Assembly: GCF_963921235.1 (NCBI RefSeq)
Contig: NC_086097.1
Coordinates: forward strand, 174,036,001 to 174,100,000
Length of the DNA: 64,000 nt
Reading direction: 5' to 3'
Source: Mobula hypostoma
Taxonomy: Eukaryota
This document shows positions 38,890 to 51,399 of this stretch, one piece after another (the first letter of the stretch is position 1; each line of letters opens with the position of its first letter). The notes beneath the pieces are model-generated. The model was given only the letters and a program-made list of their open reading frames with translations. It did no database searches and had not been told where the DNA came from. A program made the translations under genes and the position numbers.

Positions 38890-39970
38890 ATATCTTGGTT
38901 TCTGAGTCACGTTCGCTGGCACTCAGGTTCGCAAATTGAGTACATAAGGCAACAACTTGTGGCAGTTTGGTGTTTTCAGCAGCGACCAATCGGAAATCCG
39001 AAGCATGAGAAGACGTATCTCACTCAGGTTCACAAACTGAGTTCATAAGTCATCGACTCGCAGCAGTTTGGCATTTTGAGCAGCGGCCAATCAGGGATCG
39101 GGATTGATTACAAATTACAAGAACAAAATAAAATAAGGCAGGGATAAGCAGAGTAGCCATTCTTGGAGTGGACAGTGTTAGAGTGGGGATTTTGAGGTTT
39201 TAGCTCTTGGAGGCTTCAGTGAGGAGGGGCTTGAGTGAGAGAAGAAAGAAGCTGTAGGTAGATTATTTTCCTCCCAGTTTATTTATTGTTTTCCCTTCTT
39301 TATATTTGCTCAGTTGGAACAGTAGGGATGCCAGGCAGGATAGTTGGATGCTCCTCATGTGGGATGTGGGAAGGCAGGGAGACCTCCAGTGTCCCTGCCA
39401 ACTGCACTTGTGAGAAGTGCATCCAGCTGCAGCTTCTAACACTCCGCGTTAAGGAGTTGGAACAGGAACTGGATGAATTCCGAATCATTTGAGAGGCTGA
39501 GGGGTTGATAGATAGGATATATGGAGAGATGGTTACACCCAAGGTGAAGGACACTGGAAACTAGGTGACAGTCAAGAAGGGGAAAGGGATTAAACAGCCA
39601 GAATAGAGTACGCCTGTGGTAATCCCCTCTCAACACCAGGTATGTCACTTTGGAAACTGTTGGGGGGGATGACCTAGCAGAGGTAAGTCGTAGTGGTCGG
39701 GTCTTTGGCACTGTGTCTGGCCTCAGAAGAGAAACAGGGAGAAGAGGCGAGCTGTGGTGATAGGGAATTCGTTAGGTAGGGGAACAGAAAAGAGGTTCTG
39801 TGGACAACAATGAGATTCCCAGATGATATGTTGCCTCCTGGGTGCCAGGGTTCAGGACATCTCAGGTCGAGCCCTTTGCATTCTTAAGTGGAAGGGTGAG
39901 CAGCCACAGGTTGTGGTCCATGTAGGTATCAATGACATGGGTAGGAAGAGTGATGAGGTTCTGCAAAGTG
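38890..39970 (+). mobile_element. CR1 copy A, 5' UTR and ORF1 (zinc finger/leucine zipper plus SGNH esterase-like); continues at 45250-45475 and 48959-49028
   Basis: CSSCGMWE...CEKCIQLQLL...VKELEQELD; CCLLGARVQDI; HVGINDMGRKSDEVLQS continuing as EFRKLGAKLKGRTSRVVISGLL after the nested copy. Confidence 0.85.
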
Positions 39971-40250
39971 GAAAGCGGCCAGTGAGTGAGTGGGCCAGTG
40001 AAGGAGTGGAGCTTTGAGGCTTTGTCTCGAGAGATTCTGGCAGTTTTGGCAGTTGGACTATGCAATCAAGTCAATCGAGATTTGAATAGATCAGCAGAAA
40101 GCCGTTGATTAGACAATCAAGATTTGAATAGCTCAGACTCAGCAGAAAGCAGCTTATTTGGCAATCGAGGTCAGGTGACCAAGCATTTTGAAAAGCTCAA
40201 ACAGATAAATAGAGGGATAGCTCAAGCGGAGCGGCCTGTGGAAAGCGACC

Positions 40251-40290
40251 AGTGAGTGAGTGAGTGAGTGAGTGAGTGAGTGAGTGAGTG
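40251..40290. repeat. (GTGA)n microsatellite in the CR1 5' UTR
   Basis: Direct reading. Confidence 0.9.
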
Positions 40291-41640
40291 GGCCAGTGAA
40301 GGAGTGGAGCTTTGAGGCTTTGACTCGAGAGGCTTCGACGAGAAGAGGTGGAGGATGAGCTTGTTCCCAGTTAGTCTTTACAATGCCTCCTGAGACGGTG
40401 ATGTGCCTCTCACGTGAGATGTGGCAGTCTTGGGGGATCTCCCCTCTCCCGCAGAGTCACATCTGCCAGAAGTGCATACGGCTGGGTGATCTGGAAGACC
40501 GTGTAAGGAATTTGGAGCAGCAGCTGGATGACCGTCAACTCATAAGGGAGAATGAGGCAGTCATAGGTGAGAGCTACAGGGAGGTAGTCACACCTAGGCT
40601 GTCGGAAGCAGGTGGTTGGGTGACAGTCAGAGGGGGGAAAGCAAAGGTGAGCAGACAGGTAGTGCAGAGCACCCCTGTAGCCATTCCCCTGAATAATAAG
40701 TTTACCGCCCTGGATACTGTTGGCGGGGACGACCGACCGGGTGTGAGCCATGGTGGTAGGGCCTCTGGCACTGAGTTTGACCCTGTGGTGCAGAAGGGTG
40801 GGACGGAGAAGAGGAGAGCTGTCGTCATTGAAGACTCTGTAGTCAGGGGAGCAGACAGGAGATTTTGTGGACGTGAGAAGGACACCCGCATGGTTTGTTG
40901 CCTCCCAGGTGCCAGGGTCCGGGATGTCTCTGACCGGGTGCATGACATCCTGATATAAGAGGGAAAGCAGCCAGAAGTCGTGAAACATGTTGGGACCAAT
41001 GACATAGGCAGGAAGAGGGATGAGGTCCTGAAGTGTGAGTTTCGGGAACTAGGCAGAAGGCTGAAGAACAGGACCTCAAGGGTGGCATTCTCAGGATTGT
41101 TGCCAGTGCTATGTGATAGTGATGGTAAGAATTGGAGGAGATGGCAGTTGAATGCATGGCTGAGGAGTTGGTGCAGGGGCAGGGTTTTAGATTTTTGGAT
41201 CATTGGGATCTCTTCTGGGGAAGGTGGGACCTGCACAGATTGGATGGGTTGCACATGAACCCGAGGGGGAGCAATATCCTTGCAGGTAGGTTTGCTAGCA
41301 TGGTTCAGGAGGGTTTAAACTAATCTGCGAGGGGGATGGGACCCAGAGCGATAGAGCAGTGAAAGAAGTGCATGGAGTAAAGCCAGATCTAACATATAGA
41401 GAGGCTTTGAGGAAAGAGAAGCAGAATAAAGGGTGTAAAGGTAGTAAGACAGAAGGGCTGAAGTGTGTGTACCTCAATGCAAGAAGCATCAGCAACAAAG
41501 GTGATGAACTGAGAGCTTGGATACATACATGGAATTATGATGTAGTGGCCATTACAGAGACTTGGCTGGCACCAGAGCAGGAATGGATTCTCAATATTCC
41601 TGGATTTCAGTGCTTTAAAAGGGATAGAGAGGGGGGAAAA

Positions 41641-42578
41641 GATTCAAAGATTCAAAAGATTCAAAAAACTTTATTGTCATTCTAACCGTACATCAGCTCT
41701 GCAGGGCAGAATGAGACAGCGTTTCTCAGGAGCAGTGCAATCATAACATAACAAACGCAACACTAAATAATAAACGTAACAATAAATAGTAAAACACAAC
41801 AGCCACATGTCAGTTAAAATCAAGTTATAAGTGTCCAGTGCAAGTTAAAAGTGTCCAAAGCAGAGTCAGGTAGAGCAGCTATTTAGCAGTCTGACTACCT
41901 GTGGGAGGAAGCTGTTTAGTAGCCTTGTGGTTTTAGTTTTGATGCTCCTGTAACGTTTGCCTGATGGCAGAAGAACAAACAGTTCATGGAGAGGGTGTGA
42001 TGGGTCTTTAATGATGTACCGTGTCTTCTGGAGGCATCGACTCTGAAAGAGGTCTTGGACAGAAAGTAGGGAGACCCCAATAACCTTCTCTGCTCCCCTA
42101 ACCACCCTCTGCAAGGCTTTTTTGTCGACAGCACTGCAGCTGGAGTACCAGGTTGTGATGCAAAAGTCAGCACACTCTCAACCACGCCTCTGTAGAATGT
42201 AGTTAAGATGTTAGTGGGGAGTGATGCTTGTTTAAGCTTCCTCAGAAAGTGCAATCTCTGCTGGACCTGTTTCACAATCCCAGTGGTGTTCCTGGATCAA
42301 GTGAGATTGTCTGAAACCTGCACCCCAAGGAACTTGATGTTTTCCACTCTCTCCACTGTGGAGCCGCTGATGCTGAGGGGTGTGTGCTCAGGCTGAGACC
42401 ATCCGAAATCGACGATCATCTCCTTGGTTTTGGTGACATTAAGCATCAAGTTGTTATCCTTGCACCAGTTCTCTAGGTGTTTGACCTCCTCCCTGTACAT
42501 TGTTTCATCATTTTTGCTGATGAGCTCCACTACTGTGGTATCATCTGCAAATTTAATGATCAGATTCTCCTTGAATCA
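41641..42578 (-). mobile_element. 5'-truncated Rex1-like LINE inserted in the endonuclease region of CR1 copy B
   Basis: KFADD, LNVTKTKEMIVDF, IKFLGVQVSDNLT, QQRLHFLRKL, LLPSGKRYRSIK; tail (gattcaaa)n with tttatt. Confidence 0.9.
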
Positions 42579-45249
42579 GGGGAGGAAAGGTAGCATTACT
42601 GGTCAGGGATACTATTACAGCTACAGAAAGGGTGGGTAATGTAGCAGGATCCTCTTTTGAGTCAGTATGGGTGGAAGTCAGGAACAGGAAAGGGAGCAGT
42701 TACTCTATTGGGAGTATTCTATAGGCCCCCTGGTAACAGCAGAGATACAGAGGAGCAGATTGGGAGGCAGATTTTGGAAAGGTGCCAAAATAACAGGGTT
42801 GTTATCATGGGTGACTTTAACTTCCCTAATATTGATTGGCACCTGATTAGTTCCAAGGGTTTAGATGGGGCAGAGTTTGTTAAGTGTGTCCAGGATGGAT
42901 TCCTGTCACAGTATGTAGACAGGCCGACTAGGGGGAATGCCATACTAGATCTAGTACTTGGTAATGAACCAGATCAGATCACAGATCTCTCAGTGGGTGA
43001 GCATCTGGGGGACAGTGACCACTGCTCCCTGGCCTTTAGCATTATCATGGAAAAGGATAGAATCAGAGGGAACAGGAAAATTTTTAATTGGGTAAGGGCA
43101 AATTATGAAGCTATAAGGCTAGAACTTGCGGGTGTGAATTGAGATGATGTTTTTGCAGGGAAATGTACTATGGACATGTGGTCGATGTTTAGAGATCTGT
43201 TGTAGAATGCTAGGGATAAATTTGTCCCGGTGAGGAAGATGAAGAATGGTAGGGTGAAGGAACCATGGGTGACAAGTAGGGTGGAAAATCTAGTCAGGTG
43301 GAAGAAAGCAGCATACATGAGGTTTAGGAAGCAAGGATCAGGTGGGTCTATTGAGGAATATAGGGAAGCAAGAAAGGAGCTTAAGGAGGGGCTGAGAAGA
43401 GCAAGAAGGGGGCATGAGAAGGCCTTGGCGAGTAGGGTAAAGGAAAACCCCAAGGCATTCTTCAATTATGTGAGGAACAAAAGGATGACAGGAGTGAAGG
43501 TAGGACCGATTATAGACAAAGGTGGGAAGATGTGCCTGGAGGCTGTGGAAGTGATCGAGGTCCGCAATGAATACTTCTCTTCGATTTTCACCAATGAGAG
43601 GGAACTTGATGATGGTGAGGACAATTTGAGTGAGGTTGATGTTCTGGAGCATGTTGATATTAAGGGAGAGGAGGTGTTGGAGTTGTTAAAATACATTAGG
43701 ACAGATAAGTCCCCGGGGCCAGACAGAATATTCCCCAGGCTGCTCCATGAGGCGAGGGAAGAGATTGCTGAGCCTCTGCTAGGATCTTTATGTCCTCGTT
43801 GTCCACGGGAATGGTACCGGAGGATTGGAGGGAGGCGAATATTGTCCCATTGTTCAAAAAAGTTAGTAGGGATAGTCCGGGTAATTATAGACCAGTGAGC
43901 CTTACGTCTGTGGTGGGAAAGCTGTTGGAAAAGATCCTTAGAGATAGGATCTGTGGGCATTTAGAGAATTATGGTATGATCAGGGACAGTCAGCATGGCT
44001 TTGTGAAGGGCAGATCATGTCTAACAAGCCTGATAGAGTTCTTTGAGGAGGTGACCAGGCATATAGATGAGGGTAGTACAGTGGATGTGATCTATATGGA
44101 TTTTAGTAAGGCATTTGACAAGGTTCCACATGGTAGGCTTATTCAGAAAGTCAGAAGGCATAGGATCCAGGGAAGTTTGGCCAGGTGGATTCAGAATTGG
44201 CTTGCCTGCAGAAGGCAGAGGGTGGTGGTGGAGGGAATACATTCAGATTGGAGGGTTGTGACAAGTGGTGTCCCACAAGGATCTGTTCTGGGACCTCTAC
44301 TTTTTGTGATTTTTATTAACGACCTGGATGTGGGGGTAGAGGGGTGGGTTGGCAAGATTGCAGATGACACAAAGGTTGGTGGTGTTATAGATAGTGTAGA
44401 AGATTGTTGAAGATTGCAGAGAGACATCGATAGGATGCAGAAGTGGGCTGAGAAGTGGTAGATGGAGTTCAACCTGGAGAAGTGTGAGGTGGTACACTTT
44501 GGAAGGACAAATTCCAAGGCAGAGTACAAAGTAAATGGCAGGATAATTGGTAGTGTGGAAGAGCAGAGGGATCTGGGGGTACATGTCCACAGATCCCTGA
44601 AAGTTGCCTCACAGGTAGATAGGGTTGTTAAGAAAGCTTATGGGGTGTTAGCTTTCATAAGTCGAGGGATAGAGTTTAAGAGTCACGAGGTAATGATGCA
44701 GCTCTATAAAACTCTGGTTAGGCCACACTTGGAGTACTGTATCCAGTTCTGGTCACCTCACTATAGGAAGGATGTGGAAGCATTGGAAAGGGTACAGAAG
44801 AGATTTACCAGGATGCTGCCTGGTTTAGAGAGTATGGATTATGATCAGAGATTAAGGGAGCTAGGGCTTTACTCTTTGGAGGGAAGGAGGATGAGAGGAG
44901 ACATGATAGAGGTGTACAAAATAATAAGAGGAATAGATGGAGTGGATAGCCAGCACCTATTCCCCAGGGCACCACTGCTCAATACAAGAGGACATGTCTT
45001 TAAGGTAAGGGGTGGGAAGTTCAAGGGGGATATTAGAGGAAGGTTTTTTACTTAAAGAGTGGTTGGTGCGGGAATGCACTGCCTGAGTCAGTGGTGGAGG
45101 CAGATACACTCGTGACGTCTAAGAGACTGCTAGACAGGTATATGGAGGAATTTAAGTTGAGGGGGTTATATGGGAGGCAGAGTTTGAGGGTCGGCACAAC
45201 ATTGTGGGCCAAAGGGCCTGTAATGTACTGTACTGTTCTATGTTCTATG

Positions 45250-45475
45250 AGTTCAGGAAGTTAGGTGCTAAATTAAAGGGCAGGACCTCCAGGGTTGTGA
45301 TCTCAGGATTGCTACTCATGCCACATGCTGGTGAGGCCAGAAATAGGAAAATTGTACAGTTTAACATATGGTGTAGGAGGGAGGGTGTTAGATTTTTGAA
45401 TTGTTGTCTCTCTTCCAGGGAAAGTGGAACCTGCACAGAAGAGACAGTTTGCAACTGTACTGGAGGGGGACTAAT
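45250..45475 (+). mobile_element. CR1 copy A ORF1 continuation
   Basis: EFRKLGAKLKGRTSRVVISGLL. Confidence 0.85.
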
Positions 45476-46119
45476 TGTCATGGTCCAGTCCGTGAAGTCC
45501 GGATTCTGGTTCACAGTCCGGTCCAACGTTCGTTATTCCAGGTTTTCTGGTTTTTCCTTTTTTTCTGTTGGGTGCTCTAATTGAGGCAGCTTATTCATAT
45601 TTTAGGCTGGCTACATAAATAGCTCCTTGGTTCAGCTTCAGTTGCTGTATTGTTCCTGTCAAATCCCCCTGTCTGAATCCCTTCTTGGCCCCTTCCTCCT
45701 GAAGCCTTGCCCTGCAACCATTGTCTGAAGCCGAGCCTTTCCTTGCCTGCAAGCCTTCCCTGCAATTTTCTCCTGCTCCACTGTCAAGTTCAACTGTCGG
45801 AGCAACTAGAGCCTTGCTGTGTCAGGATAAGAAACTGTCTGTCATTGTTTGGAACTGTCTGTGTCCACGCCTTCACTAGGTAGGTCTAGCTATTTGCTGC
45901 TACCTAGTGTTGGGGAACTGTCTCTGTGTCTCCGCCTTCGCTACATAGGTCTAGCTGTTTGCCGCTACCTTGTGTTGGGAACTGTCTCTCTGTGTCCTGT
46001 GTACGAGTCCCGGCCCTATGTCCTACTCCCTAGGAGGTGTCCTGATTCTGTGTAGAGCCCCGGCCCCAAGTCCAGTTCCCAAGGAGGGGTCCCAGCTCTG
46101 TGTTCCATGTCTCTGCATT

Positions 46120-47427
46120 TGTCATAATGGGGGACGCTGGTGGTGGACCCAACTGCAAGACACAGATACTGAAGTACAAGGAACAGGACTAGGTTAGTCA
46201 AGAAAGCAAGGGAAATGGGGAAGGAAGGACGCTGGACATAACACAGGCCCTGGACGAGACAAGGATACAGGGCTTGGGCTAGGACTTGACTAGGATAGCG
46301 GAACCAGGATATGGAACTTGGAACTAGGAGCCTGGGCTTGGACTACAAACCAGAGACTGGACAAGGTGCCAGAACCTGGGTCTTGACTTGGGCTTGGACC
46401 CCCGGAACTAGGCGAGGACATGATGAGGCTACAGGAATGGACGACGAGAGGCAACAGAACTGGATGTGACATTCCTGGACAGGACAGGGGAACCCCAGCA
46501 CAGGACCAGGGAACACCAGCACCAGGCTGGGCAAGGTACTCTTGGTCTGGGCGAGACACATGGACAAGACGAGAACACAAAGCCATGGCTTGGACAGAAC
46601 AAAGTTCTTGAATTGCGGCTAGGACTGGATGAGACCCCGAAGCCTAGACTTGGTCGAGGGAGAGACAGGAACATGGAACACAGAGCCAGGACCCCTCCTT
46701 GGGTACAGGACATAGGGCTGGACTCATTACACAGAATGCAGAATACAACGAGACAGTTCCCAACACAAGGTAGCGGCAGACGGCCGGACCTAACTAGCGA
46801 AGGCGTGGACACAAGCGGTTCCCAACACTAGGTAGCAGCGAAGGCCAGACCTACCTAGCAAGGGTGTGGACACAGACAGTTCTCAACATTAGGTAGCAGC
46901 GAACAGCCAGACCTACCTAGCGAAGGCAAGGACACAAAGACAGATCCCAAGACTAGGTAGCAGCAAATAGCCAGACCTACCTAATGAAGGCGTGGACACA
47001 GACAGTTCAAAACAACGATAGACAGTTCCTTATCTTGCTCCGGCAATTGAACTTGAGAGCAGTGCAGGTGAGGCAACAGAAGGCAGGGGAACAGAAGGGA
47101 TTCAGACAGGGAATATGGACAGGAATAATCCAGGAGCACAAGGCTATCTGTCTGTATCTTGTTTTACGGCGGTTGGCATCCAGTTTAATGGTGCATTACC
47201 ACCACCCTCTGCTCCGGAATGTGCACTGGACATATATTCTAAATCCCTTCACCCAAGCACACACGCACACAAGCAGCACAAGGCTGCATCCTGAAGCTAT
47301 TTATGAAGCCAGCCCAAATGAGAATCAGCTGCCTCAACACAAACTGGGGAAAACCAGAAAACCTGGAATAAGGAATATGGACCGGACCGTGAACCGGAAT
47401 GCGGATTTCACGGACCGGACCATGACA
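46120..47427 (-). mobile_element. Solo LTR (inner) of the same family, inverted inside the outer LTR
   Basis: Both ends are reverse complements of the outer LTR ends; TSD GCATT/GCGTT; about 60-bp subrepeats at 46750-47010. Confidence 0.88.
47146..47274 (-). mobile_element. 129-bp LINE 3'-terminal fragment (I/Nimb-like) inside the inner LTR
   Basis: 11-bp TSD AGCACAAGGCT (47135-47145, 47275-47285); minus strand ggtggtggtaatgcaccattaaactggatgccaaccgccgtaaaac; family assignment from memory. Confidence 0.65.
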
Positions 47428-47896
47428 GCGTTCCTGTCCTTCCACGTCCAAGGCTTTGCGTTCCTGTCTCCCAAGACCAAGGCTCTGCATTCTGCATTCC
47501 TGTCTCTCCCTCGACCAAGTCAAGGCTTCGTCCTGTGCTGAAGTTCCCTTGTCTCTCATTCTGTCCTGTAGCCTCGCCTAGTCCTATCTCCCAAGACCAT
47601 GTCATGTCTTTGCCTAGTTCCAGAGTCCGACCCCGAGTCAAGACCCAGGTTCTGGAGTCAGAAACCAAGCCTTGTCATGTCCTCACCTCAAAGAACCCAA
47701 GCCTCATCATGTCCTCACCTTGAAGAATCCAAGCCTCATCATGTCCTCGTCTCGAAGAACCCAAGCCTCATCATGTCAGGACCCAAGTTCTGGGTCCTTG
47801 TCGAGTCACCGGCTCAGAGTCCAAGCCCAGGTTTCTAGTTCTCAGTTCCTTGTCCTGGTCCCACTTACCTAGCCAATGTCCTAGCCCAAGTCTGTG

Positions 47897-48817
47897 AACC
47901 ATAGAACCATAGAAACTACAGCACAGAAACAGGCCTTTTGGCCCTTCTTGGCTGTGCCGAACCATTTTCTGCCTAGTCCCACTGACCTGCACACAGACCA
48001 TATCCCTCCATACACCTCCCATCCATGTATCTGTCCAATTTATTCTTAAATGTTAAAAAAGAACCCGCACTTACCACTTCATCTGGCAGCTCATTCCATA
48101 CTCCCACCACTCTCTGTGTGAAGAAGCCCTCCCTAATGTTCCCTTTAAACTTTTCCGACCTCACCCTTAACCCATGTCCTCTGGTTTTTTGCTGCCCCTG
48201 CCTCAGTGGAAAAAGCCTGCTTGTATTCATTCTATCTATACTCATCATAATTTTATATACCTCTATCAAATCTCCCCTCATTCTTCTACGCTCCAGGGAA
48301 TAAAGTCCTAACCTGTTCAACCTTTCTCTGTAACTGAGTTTCTCAAGACCCGGCAACAACCTTGTAAACCTTCTCTGCACTCTTTCAACCTTATTTATAT
48401 CCTTTCTGTAATTTGGTGACCAAAACTGAACACAATACTCCAGATTTGGCCTTACCAATGCCTTATACAACCTCATCATAACATTCCAGCTCTTATACTC
48501 AATACTTCGATTAATAAAGGCCAATGTAGCAAAAGCTCTCTTTACGACCCTATCTACCTGTGACACCACTTTTAGGGAATTTTGCATCTGTATTCCCAGA
48601 TCCCTCTGTTCCACTGCACTCCTCAGTGCCTTACCATTAACCGTGTATGTACTACCTTGGTTTGTCCTTCCAACATGTAATACCTCACACTTGTCTGCAT
48701 TAAACTCCATCTGCCATTTTTCAGCCCATTTTTCCAGCTGGTCCAAGTCCCTCTGCAGGCTCTGAAAACCTTCCTCGCTGTCTACTACACCTCCAATCTT
48801 TGTATCATCAGCAAATT
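47897..48817 (-). mobile_element. Young 5'-truncated CR1 inside the outer LTR
   Basis: Uninterrupted 257-aa ORF 47973..48746 (WQMEFNADKCEVLH...LVRPNLEYCVQFWSP); TGTG at both junctions. Confidence 0.93.
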
Positions 48818-49029
48818 TGTGTTCTTGTCCCAGCTCCTAGTCTGCATCCAGTCGCATCTAGTCACATCCCAACCCAGCTCTCTAGTCAAGTCCTGTTCCT
48901 AGTACTTCAGTGTCTGTGTCTTCCATTTGGGTCCACTTCCAATGCCCACCTTGTGACACTAATATCTTAGCAGGAAGGTTTTCTAGTGCTGCATGGGTTT
49001 GAGGGGATGTGGGGGAGAGGTTTAAACTC

Positions 49030-49385
49030 CCTGATGGCAGCAGCAAGAAAAGAGCATGGCCTGGATAGTGAGGATCTTTGATGATGGATGCTGCTTTTCT
49101 ACAGCAATGTTTCATGTAGATGTGCTCAATGGTTGGAAGGGTTTTACCCATGATGTACTGGGCCAAATCCACTACCATTTGTAGGATTTTCCACTCAAAG
49201 GTATTGGTGTTCCCATACCAGGCCATAATGCAGCCAGTCAGCACATTTTCCACCATGCATCTACAGAAGCTTGTCAAGGGTTTTGATGACATGCAAACCT
49301 CCACAAACTCCGAAGGAAGTAGAGGTGCTATTGTGTTTTCTTTGCAATGAAAAGAAAATGATGGGTCCAGGACAGGTCCTCTGAG
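49030..49385 (-). mobile_element. Rex1-like C-terminal fragment
   Basis: ENVLTGCIMAWYGN...KAASIIKDPHYPGHALFLLLPSG. Confidence 0.8.
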
Positions 49386-49697
49386 GTGTTGGGGTTCCTA
49401 AAGGCAGAAAAGCTGTTGGTCACGTCCGTAGACCACATGTAAGAAGTAGAAAATGTTTTTGGCAGAGCAGACAGAGCTTATGATGAGGCTTGGGCACACA
49501 TTCCAGGAGAAAGAAGATATGGTCCAAGTTGAGAAGACAAATCACCCTACTATACCCCTACTAATGAGGGAATGGGGCAAACTAGAGTTGGGGAACAAAG
49601 GTTTATACAGGGTCACATCTCCTCTAGACAGACCTCGGCGTTTCCAATTGGTTTTGCCTGAGAAGTACTTCATGAGAAGTCACTTCATGATGATTCA

Positions 49698-49796
49698 TGA
49701 TGCACCTCTTCCTAGAGATGCTGCCTGGCCTGCTGCGTTCACCAGCAACTTTTATGTGTGTTGCTTGAATTTCCAGCATCTGCAGAATTCCTGCTG
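49698..49796 (+). mobile_element. Truncated Penelope-like terminal fragment
   Basis: agatgctgcctggcctgctg...ttccagcatctgcagaat; 14-bp TSD TTCATGATGATTCA (49684-49697, 49797-49810). Confidence 0.7.
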
Positions 49797-50048
49797 TTCA
49801 TGATGATTCAGGTTATTTGGGGTTTGACAAGACTCACGGATTAGTCTGAGATTGGTTCTATTGGCCCCGAGTAAAACCTGAAGAGTACTGTAAGTCATGC
49901 ATTCGATGGATTCAGAGGAGGATGCTGCCTATGAGAGTTGCTCCCTTATCTCGCTCCCTTATCAGAGTGCAGGACCACTTGATTTAATGTGTATGGATTT
50001 CCTCTCCATAGAGCTTGACTCAAGCAACACAACAAATGTCTTGGTCAT

Positions 50049-50443
50049 AAGAACATAAGAAATAGGAGCAGGAGTAGGCCATCTGGCCCGTTGAACCTGC
50101 TCTGCTATTCAATAAGATCAAGGCTGATCTGGCCATGGACTCGTCTCCACCTACCTGCCTTTACCCCATAACCCTTAATTCCCCTACAATGCAAAAATCT
50201 ATCCAACCTTGTCTTAGATATATTTACTGAGGTAGCCTCCACTGCTTCATTGGGCAGAGAATTCCACAGATTTACCACTCTCTGGGAAAAGCAGTTCCTC
50301 CTCATCTCCATCTTAAATCTACTCCCCATATCTTGAGACTATGTCCCTCATTTTAGTCTCACCTACCAGTGGAAAAAACTTTCCTGCCTCGATCTATCAA
50401 TCCCTTTCATCATTTCATATGTTTCTATAAGATCTCCTTATAG
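50049..50443 (-). mobile_element. CR1 3' fragment inserted in the Gypsy integrase
   Basis: RRNCFSQRVVNLWNSLP; TGGTCAT duplicated at 50042-50048 and 50444-50450. Confidence 0.88.
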
Positions 50444-50849
50444 TGGTCATCACTGATCACTATACCAGATATGCTCAAGCCTTCCTCATAAAGCGTTGGA
50501 GAGCATCCACTGTTGCCCAGGTGTTATGGGAGAAGTATTTTGTTCATTATGACCTCAGAAGAAGGAAACACAGTGATCAGGGAAGGGATTTTGAGTGTCA
50601 GCTCATACATGGATTACTGGGCATGCTTGGAGTCGAGAAGTCAAGAACCACATCGTATCACCGGCAGGGTGATCCTCAGCCTGAAACGTTCAGCTGAACA
50701 TTGCTAGACATGCTTGGAACTCTGGATACCAACAAAAAGGACAAGTGGAGTCAGGATATTGGGCATCTGGTACACTGCTACAACTGTATGCAAAATGAAG
50801 CCACTGGATAATCGCTATACTGTTTGATGTTCAGGTGCAAAGTGAGATT

Positions 50850-51399
50850 CTATAGTCGTACCATGGAGAGCATTCTGACAGGCTGCACCACTGTCTGGTA
50901 TGGAGGGGCTACTGCACAGGACCGAAAGAAGCTGCAAAAGGTTGTAAATCTAGTCAGCTCCATCTTGGGCACTAGCCTGCAAAGTACCCAGGACATCTTT
51001 AGGGAGCAGTGTCTCAAAAAGGCAGTGTCCATTATTAAGGACCTCCAGCACCCAGGGCATGCCCTTTTCTCACTGTTACCATCGGGTAGGGGGTACAGAA
51101 GTCTGAAAGCACGCACTCAGTGATACAGGAACAACTTCTTCCCCTCTGCCATCTGATTCCTAAATGGACATTGAAGCTTTGGACACTACCTCACTTTTTT
51201 AAAAAATTCACAGTATTTCTGTTTTTACACATTTAAAATAATCTATTCAATATATGTAATTGATTTACTTGTTTATTGTTTTATTTTATTTATTATTATT
51301 ATTTTTCTCTCTGCTACATTATGTATTGCATTGAACTGCTGCTGCTAAGTTAACAAATTTCATGTCACATGCCGGTGATAATAAATCTGATTCTCATTC
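50850..51399 (+). mobile_element. Rex1-like 3' fragment inserted in the Gypsy integrase
   Basis: ESILTGCTTVWYGGATAQDRKKLQKVV; TSD TGAGATT (50843-50849, 51400-51406). Confidence 0.88.

Larger units (their letters stand above)
39971..45249 (+). mobile_element. CR1 copy B, essentially full-length (5' UTR, ORF1 esterase, ORF2 APE endonuclease plus RT, tail), decayed, nested in copy A
   Basis: ORF1 from 40383 (HVGTNDIG, DGLHMN); EN (YLNARSISNK, VAITETWL, MGDFNFPNIDW, SDHC); RT ([27 protein letters not shown]); tail tgttctatgttctatg. Confidence 0.95.
45476..48958 (+). mobile_element. Solo LTR (outer) with nested insertions
   Basis: TGTCA...TGACA termini; perfect 5-bp TSD CTAAT (45471-45475 and 48959-48963); internal subrepeats; orientation inferred from the TATA-like cataaatag near 45614. 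Confidence 0.85.

Noticed and set aside
39286..41323. SGNH esterase-like ORFs as host enzyme genes
   Set aside because: They are CR1 ORF1 domains, disrupted and embedded in LINE structure.
46016..47872. Numerous short ORFs within the LTR region
   Set aside because: Arise from GC-rich LTR subrepeats; no gag/pol/env motifs.
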